DNA of 64,000 nucleotides from Histomonas meleagridis 2922-C6/04-290x (lineage: Eukaryota > Protista > Parabasalia). Under the pieces are notes generated by a model. It made no database searches, was not told where the DNA came from, and saw only the letters and a list, made by a program, of their open reading frames with translations. Below, in pieces: positions 1-9,253 of this stretch (position 1 is its first letter; each line of letters starts with the position of its first letter). Made by a program: the position numbers and the translations under genes. The stretch is taken from positions 76,823 through 140,822 of the forward strand of contig JAANOX010000236.1 of assembly GCA_020184695.1 (NCBI GenBank). Direction: 5' to 3'.

Positions 1-1847
1 GCCGCAATTTGTTTTTCTTTAAATATCGAATCATGTATTATTAACACTATTTTATGTACGAAAGGCGCTCTAATTCTATTTAAGTTCTCATTCGATAACC
101 ATTCGCATAAAATCCGCATTCTTCTATCGAAGAAGTCGAGTAATTTTTCCGGGATTTTTGTACTTGTTCCATCATTTCTCCACGAGTTATTACCGATTTG
201 TATCAAAAGATATTCGCATTCTTTAATAAGGACGTTTTCGAGATATAAAATTTGTTTTTTTAACTCTTCGCTAATACTTTCTTTAGCGTCATCGATTACG
301 ATATTCGGCTTAATGTTATCTTCGACAAGACCATTAACTTTAGTTAATAATGAGTCCAAAACATTTAAAAGTAATGAAGAAGTATTAATTATCCCACAAA
401 TTAATTGATAATGTTCATCATTTTTAATTCTCGTTGGAAGCATTTTACTAAGTGTTACTACATATTGTACAAGTAATTCTTTTAACATACGAAATAAACT
501 TAATAATGATTGTGATATTCCAAATCCGGAGGTTTTATCAATAGTTTTTTTCATTGCTAAAACTAAGTTTGACGCACTTTTAAGTGTATGATTCGATATA
601 TTCAAGTCTAAAATCGGATTCTTTAGTGCATCGTTTATCATGTTCGTAAGATTCTTTCGTTCGGAATCAAAATATAAATCCATATATGGAGAAAAAGCAT
701 TCGCAATGATTCCAATAAATTCATTTGCAGGTATAACTTTCTCTTCTCCAATTCCTTTGTCTCGGCGATATAACCATTCATATTTCTTTCGTATTCCATC
801 TGAAGTGTTTTCGAAGTTTGGCATTTTCGCGTCGGGTTCAATAAAAACTGTTTTCGTTGTAGAAAAACTTTCGGCCATTTTCCGTTCGAATTTAACTGTT
901 AACTCAAACGCTCGAAGATATTCATTGATATCTGGCGCTTGTTTACGTAATGTGTTACTTAAATGTGAAAATGTTCTTTTGCAAAATTTGAGTGATAAAT
1001 TATATGACATCCGCCATTCTTTAGGAAAAGCATTATGAAAATGATTATTATAAAAGTCAATACGTTGTTTAAACCATTGGAAACGAGTATGAATAGCGGA
1101 AAGTGGTACTTTTGGATATGAATCTTCATAAGGTGATAATAATTGATCACAAAATCGTTCAACAATTGATGAGTGGAAATCATCATTGAACGAATCTATA
1201 ACAGAACAAAGCGGTAAATTTGATGAATCTGCAGAACCACTAAACATCATTGATTCAAAATCGGTATTGACTTTATTACGAAGAACACGTTTTAAATCAA
1301 AAAATTTGGTCGAGAATGGTTTTAGTTGAGAATCAAGCCCATATTCATGAAAATATTCAAATAATGATGTAAGGGCTAAAACATTGGCTGAACATTTTGT
1401 ATAATTTGATGATGAAATGTTGGATTCAAGCTCTGTGATTGTGGTTGAAAGCATTTGAAGTCTTCGAAGAGTGGTAACAGTAGAAGTAAGATTCTTTTTT
1501 GCATTATCAAGTGGTTTAATATTCTCACAAATTTCATTAACAGCAATTTCTGTTTCTTTTGCTTTATCACGAATGCTATTAATTTTACTTGTGAGATCAT
1601 CAATTGAATGCCTTATTTCAGCAAGAATAGTTTCACTGCTATCACCTAATGCAGAGCTTGTTCTGATCAATTTTCTTACTGATGATGTAGTGGCTTTGTT
1701 ATGATTTTGGATATTATTGATTATTATTGGTAATTCTGATAAAGATGAATCATCTGGAAGAAGACTATCTATGTATGATATAGCATCGAAATTTGATGTG
1801 GAAAGTTCTGTATTAATTTCTGATATATTTATTTTTGTGCTCTGCAT
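1..1847 (-). CDS. VPS53: Vps53 (GARP complex subunit), 3'-truncated by window edge
   Basis: Not in the ORF track (runs off the edge). My translation from the ATG at 1847: MQSTKINISEINTELSTSNFDAISYIDSLLPDDSSLSEL...IKPLDNAKKNLTSTVTTLRRLQML...RFQWFKQRIDFYNNHFHNAFPKEWRMSYNLSLKFC, matching Vps53_N motifs (FDxxxYIxxLxPxxxSL; IKxLDxAKxxLTxxxTTL; FPxEW). Confidence 0.8.
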   Translation of the reverse strand, partial: MQSTKINISEINTELSTSNFDAISYIDSLLPDDSSLSELPIIINNIQNHNKATTSSVRKLIRTSSALGDSSETILAEIRHSIDDLTSKINSIRDKAKETEIAVNEICENIKPLDNAKKNLTSTVTTLRRLQMLSTTITELESNISSSNYTKCSANVLALTSLFEYFHEYGLDSQLKPFSTKFFDLKRVLRNKVNTDFESMMFSGSADSSNLPLCSVIDSFNDDFHSSIVERFCDQLLSPYEDSYPKVPLSAIHTRFQWFKQRIDFYNNHFHNAFPKEWRMSYNLSLKFCKRTFSHLSNTLRKQAPDINEYLRAFELTVKFERKMAESFSTTKTVFIEPDAKMPNFENTSDGIRKKYEWLYRRDKGIGEEKVIPANEFIGIIANAFSPYMDLYFDSERKNLTNMINDALKNPILDLNISNHTLKSASNLVLAMKKTIDKTSGFGISQSLLSLFRMLKELLVQYVVTLSKMLPTRIKNDEHYQLICGIINTSSLLLNVLDSLLTKVNGLVEDNIKPNIVIDDAKESISEELKKQILYLENVLIKECEYLLIQIGNNSWRNDGTSTKIPEKLLDFFDRRMRILCEWLSNENLNRIRAPFVHKIVLIIHDSIFKEKQIA

Positions 1848-2110
1848 TGGGTTGATAGTGATCGTTGCTTGTATCGTAGCTTTATAAAGGTCTCTCCAAA
1901 CGGAGAAAAAATAATGAAATTTTTCCTAAATTTTTAATATATTCATTTTCTATTATTTGTAAATTCTACTATATATATACATATTATAAATATAATATTA
2001 ATTTGAAAAGATATTTATATTTTTATTTTAAGTTATAAACGGGCAAGAATAATCGTTCTATATACAAAAATTGAGAGGATCGATAATTCAAACATTAAGC
2101 CTGGAAACAG

Positions 2111-3319
2111 ATGTACCAAAATAAAGAGCAATATCTTGAAATTATAGAATACTTGAAATCAGTAAATCAAATAATCTTCGAATTAACAACAGAAAAAATT
2201 AATGTTTACATAGAAAAAACAATGCAATTATTTGATTCGAATTTACCTTATTCGTTTAATAATATTATATGTCAAGGCATTTATTCATCATTTATTTCTC
2301 AAAGAAAAGACATTGATTTATATTTTCATTATTTAAAATTAGTGGAAGAAAAAGAAACCGAAATTCTTAAACATAATCCAAAAATTTTTAACATTTTCCG
2401 CAATTTTCTTATTAGCTTTCATACATGTGAATCAAATTATATACTTGCTGAAATGGTAAAGCATAACTTCATTAAGTATGATTTTGGTCAAAAACTGGAT
2501 GATTTATATTTTATGCATCTTTTCAACGAGGATGAGCTTTATAAAAAACATGACCTCTTTTCATCCCTTTCTGAATTGCCAGATAAAGAAGATTTAATGA
2601 GAAATGATTTTGAACTTCATAAGAAGTTAATTGAAGATGGAGTAAATCCCAATAAAATTGCAAAAATAATTCGAAATGATGAAATCGAAAAACTTCAAGA
2701 AATATCATCGCAAGAAAGCTTTAATTTTAAACAAATGATTAAACCATCACTATATGAGAAATATTCATTTATTAATAAGGAAAATGTTTCATTAATTGAC
2801 TATGCAGCATTTTTTGGATCAATTAAATGTTTTAAGTATTTACTTATGAATGGTTTTAAATTAGAAAATACAGGTAAATATGCAATTGCAGGAGGAAATC
2901 TTGAAATATTTTACATATGTGAACAAAACCATTCTTCATTTGAAAATGCGTATGAAACAGCAATTGAATTTAATCGAAATGATATCTTTAGATATCTTTA
3001 TGAAAACAAAATTGGTAATATTAAATCTTTTGATTACTTAGGAATAAAATGTATTAAATTTAGTAATTATGAAATTCTTTCATTTTTAAAAGATAAATTT
3101 AAAGATACTAGAAAAATGATTTTCCAAGCTGTATCAAGTGGTAACACTTATATTACTAAATGCTTCCTATCAAAAAATGCATTTAATAAAATACTTTTAC
3201 CAGTTGCTGTTTCGTCTCAAAATATTGAACTGGTAAAATTCATTATTAATCAAAAAGAATTTGATATTAACCATAAAAATATTTGTTTTTCTATATTAAA
3301 ATTTGTTTTATTTCAATGA
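2111..3319 (+). CDS. DUF3447/ankyrin-repeat protein, uninterrupted N-terminal part (continues as interrupted ankyrin array to 5868)
   Basis: SLIDYAAFFGSIKCFKYLL and AIAGGNLEI motifs typical of the parabasalid DUF3447 family. The ORF runs into the first spacer and stops at TGA 3317-3319. Confidence 0.8.
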   Translation: MYQNKEQYLEIIEYLKSVNQIIFELTTEKINVYIEKTMQLFDSNLPYSFNNIICQGIYSSFISQRKDIDLYFHYLKLVEEKETEILKHNPKIFNIFRNFLISFHTCESNYILAEMVKHNFIKYDFGQKLDDLYFMHLFNEDELYKKHDLFSSLSELPDKEDLMRNDFELHKKLIEDGVNPNKIAKIIRNDEIEKLQEISSQESFNFKQMIKPSLYEKYSFINKENVSLIDYAAFFGSIKCFKYLLMNGFKLENTGKYAIAGGNLEIFYICEQNHSSFENAYETAIEFNRNDIFRYLYENKIGNIKSFDYLGIKCIKFSNYEILSFLKDKFKDTRKMIFQAVSSGNTYITKCFLSKNAFNKILLPVAVSSQNIELVKFIINQKEFDINHKNICFSILKFVLFQ

Positions 3320-5868
3320 TATTTGTTGATTTAATGCGGATTTTATTTAAATGATTTGATACATCACTTATAATTGCTTCTAAAAACGGTAACTTTGAAA
3401 TTGTTAAATTACTTCTTGAACAAAAGGGAATTAATATTAATGAGAAAAACGTTTCTCTTGTTTGTTCAAAATTTATATCTATAATTTCTTATTTTTAAAA
3501 ATAATTTGGAATTTGTCTAAATAGCTTATAACGGCACTTTTGGAATCAGTTTGGTATAATCATACAAAAGTAAGCAAAATACTTCTTAAAAATAACGAAA
3601 TTGAAGTCAATACTAAAACTATTTAATCGTATTGTTTAAAATTTGCTTTATTAATTTAGAATTTTTTAATAATATTTGGGGATCATTTAAAATATCTAAT
3701 ACAGCACTTATTTGGGCATCATGTAATGGTAATATAGAAACTGTTCATTTACTTATTAAAAAAGTCGGAATTGAAATTAATGCTAAAAATATAAATACCT
3801 TTCATTTAAAATTTATTTTAATAATTTTGGATTTCAAAATAATATTTGGAAATTATTTAAATTATTTGATACAGCACTTATTTTAGCATCTAAAAATGGT
3901 CATACAGAAATACTTAAATTACTTCTTGAGCATAAAGGAATTGATGTTAATGCAAAAAATATTTTTTTGTTTTATTTAAAATTTATTTCAATAATTTATT
4001 ATTTCAAAATAATACTAGATTTTTTTAATTATATTTTATGACAGCACTTATGTATGCATCTATAGATGATCATATAGAAGTAGTTAAATTACTTCTTGAA
4101 CAAAAAAATATCCAAATTAATGTCAAAAGTGCTTTTCAATCTTTTTTATAATTTGTAAAAATAATTTATAATTTCATAATATCATTTGGGAAATTTTTTA
4201 ATTATTTTGTACACCACTAATATATGCATCTCAAAATGGGCATACAGAAATAGTCAAATTACTTGTTAATCAAAAAGATATTGATATCAACATTACAACA
4301 GTTAATCTTTTTAATATGATATTCGTTTTGATATTTTGATGGAGTTTCAAAAATATTTATGCAGTTTGAAAAATTTATAAACAGCATTAATACATGCATT
4401 GATGAAAAAAAGCACTGAAATTGTTGAAATTCTACTTGAACATGGAGCTAACATCTATAATGAAGATATTCGATTAAATTATTGTTTCCACTTTTTAATA
4501 TTGCATGTGAATATGGAAACATTGAACTAGTTAAATTACTTCTTAAGCAAAAAGATATCGATATTAATTTAAGGGATGAGAATTTATTGATTTTATTGGT
4601 AATTTCATAAATTTTATATTAGATAATATGTTTTGGTATTTACAAAAAAAATTTTTTTCGCCTCTTATTTGTGCATCTTATAATGGTTATATTGAAATTG
4701 TTATGTTACTTCTTGAACAAAAAGATATCGATATAAATGCAAAAAAAATTTGATCTTTGTATTTCTAGGTTATTTCAAAAATTTTACATTAGAAATTAAT
4801 TTTTGGAAATAATTTAAATGATTTTATACAGCACTTATGGTGGCATCTATGAATGGCCACATAGAAATCGTTAAATTACTACTTAAACATAAAGGAATTG
4901 ATATAAATGCCAAAGATGTTTATTTATTTTATATGTTTGCTAATCATATAGAATGATTTTTGATAATGATATTTGGAGATTAATTAAATTATGTCAAAAT
5001 GTACTTATGATTGCATCACAACATGGAATTATTGATGTTTTTGCAATACTTTTTCAACTACTTAAACATGAAGGAATTAACATCAATGATGTAGATCATT
5101 TTTTATTCGTTTATTTGATTTTTCTTGATTGTATTTGGATTTTACTAAAATTATTTTTAACGGTACTGATGGTTGCAACCTTGAATGGACATTTTAAAAT
5201 AGTTGAATTTCTTCTTCAACAAAAAGGAATAGATATTAATAGGAAAAATTTTGAAATTTCATGAAATTCTATGGTGTTTATTAAGGTGATTCAATTCTGC
5301 ACTTTTGTGTGCAGCTCAAAAAGGATTTTTTGAAATTGTTGCTTTATTTTTGGAACAAAGTGATATTAACATCAATATTCAAAATTTTGTTTGATTTTAT
5401 ATAAAATTTATTAATGTTATTTAATATATTGTTTTTATATTTGGATTTTCATTAAATTTTATGACACTGCACTTATGATAGCATGCACAAAAGGTTATAC
5501 ACATATAGTTCAAATAATATTACAACATGAAGGAGTTGATGTTAATTTAAAAGACATATATTTAGATTTTTTAAAGATTATTTCAATTATTTAATATATC
5601 CAAATTTTATAAGGAATTATTTCGAATTATTTAATACAGCACTTATAAATGCAACTAGAGGAGGTCATATTGATATTATAAAATTGCTTTATAAACAAAA
5701 AGAAATCAATTTATATGATACAAATGTACTTTTTTTATATATGAAATATTTCATAAAGTTTTGAAGTTTCTAAAAATTATTTGAAATTTATTTAATTTCA
5801 TTAAAACTGCACTTGAAATTGCAGGTGAAAATGGTTACACCAAAATTGTAGACTTGATTCTTCAATAA
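3191..5868 (+). repeat. Array of 17 ankyrin coding cassettes separated by AT-rich spacers, 170-nt period
   Basis: Cassette starts (T-A-L codon or equivalent) at 3191, 3361, 3531, 3701, 3871, 4041, 4211, 4381, 4488, 4658, 4828, 4998, 5160, 5296, 5466, 5636, 5806. Consensus TAL[IM]xASxNGHxEIVKLLLxQKGIDINAK[ND]. The last cassette ends in TAA 5866-5868. Confidence 0.9.
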
Positions 5869-5895
5869 AAAACATATTACAAAGTATTCTAAATT

Positions 5896-7518
5896 TTACT
5901 TAGCCTCAAATATGTAACATGTGAGTGCATCGCAATTCAAGTTGAATCCGCCATTTCCACTGTATTGTTGACCTGAGATAAGATCTTTGAATGATGAACC
6001 TCCACAATTAACATAAACAGTTGTTGGTAAAGTTCCTGTATTAACAACAAAAACAATTTTTGTTTGTGTTTGAGTATCCCATTTGACATTAATAAGTGCT
6101 CCATCTTTAGTTGAAACACTATTAGAGCCTCTCCACATCGCTGGATAATTTTGGCGAATGTTCATTATCTTAGCAGTGTAATCATGCAAATCTTGTTCAT
6201 TATTGTTGAATCCTGAGATATGTCCGTCAGTACGTGCAACATTATCACCTGCTGTATTTCCACCACAGCCATAAGATTGCCAGCAATCAGCGATGTCACC
6301 AACTTCATCACCATAATAAATAGTTATTGGACCAGTGTAAGCAGCTAAACAACCTAACGCGATCTTATAACGCTTCCAATATGAAGGATTACTTCTATCA
6401 TAACCATATTTGTTACGGATTAAGTTACCGAATCTCCAAACATCATGATTCGTAATGAAAAGATTTGGATAAACATCTGATGAATATCCTTTTTCACTTG
6501 GTGTCTTGAATACATTTGTAAGTGTACCAACACCATAGCCACCAGCACCACTTTCTTCTTGTGCAATAACTTGAACAAGGTTATAACGTGATGGGAAATC
6601 AAATGCTGATTTAAGACCATCTTGTGAATATGTTTGTGATTGGATTTCACTAGCACCACTCCAATGTTCACCAACCATATAACCAAGTGTACCCCATTGT
6701 TTGCCTTGGCTCTTACGTTCATTGCATACACTTTGAACTGCTTCACGAATTTCATGCCAATAGTTATGACCGTTTTGATAGACTTGATAACATTGATCAA
6801 GACGCCAACCATCAATTTCATATTCACGGATCCAATATGTTGCAACTTCTTTATAAAAGTCTAAGCTTCCTGGATATGAAACTGGGTTACTGCCTCCTTG
6901 TGGATATTTACCACTTGGTGATCCTTTGACATTACCTCCATGATGACCGAAAACACCATCTAAAAAGATATACATTCCACGATCGTGGCAGCCTTTGATA
7001 AGATTACGAAGATCATCATTAGAACCGAATTTAGGATCAACATTGAAATAATCAGTTGCAAAGTAACCTGTCGATTGAAGTAATGAACCACCAGTTCCAC
7101 CTGTTGAATCAAAGACTGGTGTAAGCCAAATAGCATTGACATTAAGACCTTTGATGTAATCAAGAGCATTAATGATACCTTTGAGATTACCTCTATGACT
7201 GCTTGGACCATAGCCTGTGCAATAGCATGATGATCCATCGCCTTGGAATGATGAAACCATAATTTGATAAATTGTAAGTGAATTGAAATCTGTGTTTAAT
7301 CCATTTGATGCTGTTCCAATTGTAGTTGTATCTATTGTTGTTTGTGATGTTGATGATGTCGTTTTGTGGAATGTGATAAATCCGATTGTTGTTCCAACAA
7401 TTAAACCAATTCCGACACACAAAGCTGCAACCCAGTAATATCTTCTTTTTGGTTTGACTTCCTTCTGGGATTCGATATCCTTTGAACCTAAAAGGGGCTC
7501 GTTTTGTATTTCCTCCAT
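5896..7518 (-). CDS. GH13 alpha-amylase with N-terminal membrane anchor
   Basis: IYQIMVSSF, GNLKGIINALDYIKGLNVNAIWLTP, LDGVFGH, DGWRLDQ, MVGEHW, FITNHD, IYYGDE conserved GH13 regions. Hydrophobic segment WVAALCVGIGLIVGTTIGFITF. ATG at 7518 preceded by an Inr-like TCATTTT. Confidence 0.9.
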   Translation of the reverse strand: MEEIQNEPLLGSKDIESQKEVKPKRRYYWVAALCVGIGLIVGTTIGFITFHKTTSSTSQTTIDTTTIGTASNGLNTDFNSLTIYQIMVSSFQGDGSSCYCTGYGPSSHRGNLKGIINALDYIKGLNVNAIWLTPVFDSTGGTGGSLLQSTGYFATDYFNVDPKFGSNDDLRNLIKGCHDRGMYIFLDGVFGHHGGNVKGSPSGKYPQGGSNPVSYPGSLDFYKEVATYWIREYEIDGWRLDQCYQVYQNGHNYWHEIREAVQSVCNERKSQGKQWGTLGYMVGEHWSGASEIQSQTYSQDGLKSAFDFPSRYNLVQVIAQEESGAGGYGVGTLTNVFKTPSEKGYSSDVYPNLFITNHDVWRFGNLIRNKYGYDRSNPSYWKRYKIALGCLAAYTGPITIYYGDEVGDIADCWQSYGCGGNTAGDNVARTDGHISGFNNNEQDLHDYTAKIMNIRQNYPAMWRGSNSVSTKDGALINVKWDTQTQTKIVFVVNTGTLPTTVYVNCGGSSFKDLISGQQYSGNGGFNLNCDALTCYIFEAK

Positions 7519-8038
7519 TAAAAAATGAAGTAACAAAGAAGGTTAGGTGTTCCATTTGAAAAATGAGAAGGGAAGGTCATACGGCGGTTATTTCATATAA
7601 AAAGTGCTGACGGGTAAATCAGCCATCAAAAAGTTGTAATGTGAAGTAAATTATTCCTCAATAATGACTATAGTCATTTATCTAGCTGAATTATTCTAGT
7701 CTTTGTATACAGTGGGGTAATAAGTAGTGGGTAATGATATTCTAAAGTTTTTATTTAATTATTGATTTTTGAAATTTCCTATCAAATAATTGAAGTTAAG
7801 TTGTTTCCAATAATCATCACCAATGTAGGGAGTGTTGGCGTTTGGTTAATGAGATATTTGGTTGTAAGAATTTATAAATTTTGCTAATTTTTTAACGAAA
7901 ACATATTTCCATATATAAATAAACTGACCTTATCTTCCTAATATATGTATGTATGTATATGGGATGATAACTCTTATATAAGACCAGATACAGAAGGATT
8001 TGTTTAACAAAAATTAACGTTCTCTATACCTTTGCCAA

Positions 8039-9253
8039 ATGATGAGGAGGAACTATTATGATGTTATTTGCTTAATGAAATTTGATCGTGAAAAGGGCTC
8101 TCATATTGTAAAGCGATATCCAGAAAATTTCAATCTTGGTCAACAAGAGCAATATTATGTTTCTTGTTCTTTTCCTGAGAACTCAAATCCAACTCAAAGC
8201 AAATGTATTTATTCATTTTCAATTTATCCATATGGTTCATGTTATGTTTATTCATTTTTTTTCAATAATGAACAATATTCCATTGTTTTTGGTTCTCAAT
8301 TTTATCTTTCAGACCTATTTTTCAAATTTCTACAAGCAGTTTCGAAAGATATGAATGATGTTCAACCAGAAACAATCTTTACAAAAGTTTGTGAAATGCT
8401 TTCCAATTGGAAAGTTGAAGATGAGATTTTTTATGCACAATTTCCAAACGAAGTTTTACAACTTTCACCCGACTACACCTATGAAATCCTTTACAAGTCT
8501 TTTAATCCAGTTCAATGGCTTGGTACAAATGTTGATCTTCGTCAACTTTGGCATATCCTATTAACCAACAAAGGCATTCTTGTGTATGGCCATGATCCAT
8601 GGCATATATCTAATGCAGTCTTTTCCATTCTTTCGCTTTCATCACCAGTTCGATACAATGATGATTACCTCACGTACACACGATTTGGCGATCCGCGCTT
8701 TGCCGAAGTCATTGAGGGGTCGACTAGGTACAAAATTGTTGGCACCACGAATGATCTTGTTCTTGAGCGTTGCAAACAATTTGCAATTGTAATAAAACTT
8801 CCCGACAAACCACAAAAGCCAAACAACGAAATTCGCGACGAGATCGAGCGACGCGAAAATCGATTGTTAGGTCGAATTGAAGATTTCATTGATCTTAAAC
8901 TTGATGAAGATCCATATTTCGATCTTCTCTATAAAGATATTAATGAAATTGATTTGCATTATGTCGAATCGACAAAAAAGAATTCGAAACAGTTGAAATA
9001 CGACGAAATAATCGAATTCACGAAAACGAAAACTTTCGATGAATGGAGAAGAGCAATTGTTTATAGAGACGCATTGAGAGAAGGATTCTTGTCGATACCG
9101 CCGAAGATGGCGATAAGAGAAAGAGACAAAAATACGCTGGAAAGGATGATGGGGATTGTGGAGGCACTGATGGAAAGATATGTCGAAGACACGCATTTCA
9201 TATCAGTGTTGTCATTACATAGAAATTTGTTAAGAAATTTGTTAAAGAATTAA
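8039..9253 (+). CDS. DENN/AVL9-like domain protein
   Basis: N-terminal uDENN-like pattern (ICLMKFDREKGSHIVKRYP...CSFPE) and core-like LWHILLTNKGILVYG...SNAVFSILSL. Confidence 0.55.
   Translation: MMRRNYYDVICLMKFDREKGSHIVKRYPENFNLGQQEQYYVSCSFPENSNPTQSKCIYSFSIYPYGSCYVYSFFFNNEQYSIVFGSQFYLSDLFFKFLQAVSKDMNDVQPETIFTKVCEMLSNWKVEDEIFYAQFPNEVLQLSPDYTYEILYKSFNPVQWLGTNVDLRQLWHILLTNKGILVYGHDPWHISNAVFSILSLSSPVRYNDDYLTYTRFGDPRFAEVIEGSTRYKIVGTTNDLVLERCKQFAIVIKLPDKPQKPNNEIRDEIERRENRLLGRIEDFIDLKLDEDPYFDLLYKDINEIDLHYVESTKKNSKQLKYDEIIEFTKTKTFDEWRRAIVYRDALREGFLSIPPKMAIRERDKNTLERMMGIVEALMERYVEDTHFISVLSLHRNLLRNLLKN

Noticed and set aside
640-1704. Short plus- and minus-strand ORFs in the track
   Set aside because: Shadows of the long VPS53 frame on the minus strand.
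3281-5805. Ordinary spliceosomal introns in the ankyrin array
   Set aside because: Only a minority of spacers begin with GT/GC and spacer 1 has no AG. The ACAG at some cassette starts is inside the conserved Thr-Ala codons and absent from others (ACA TCA, ACG GCA, TCG CCT, ACT GCA). There is no parabasalid branch consensus.
3281-5805. Stop-codon reassignment or sequencing indels explaining the broken ankyrin ORF
   Set aside because: TGA, TAG and TAA all terminate normal genes here (ZIP, dynein IC, ARPC4). Reassignment would not fix the frame, and random indel errors cannot create 80-nt inserts at an exact period.
3191-5868. CRISPR array, given the regular period
   Set aside because: The conserved portion is protein-coding ankyrin, the units are divergent rather than identical repeats, the host is eukaryotic and no cas genes are present.
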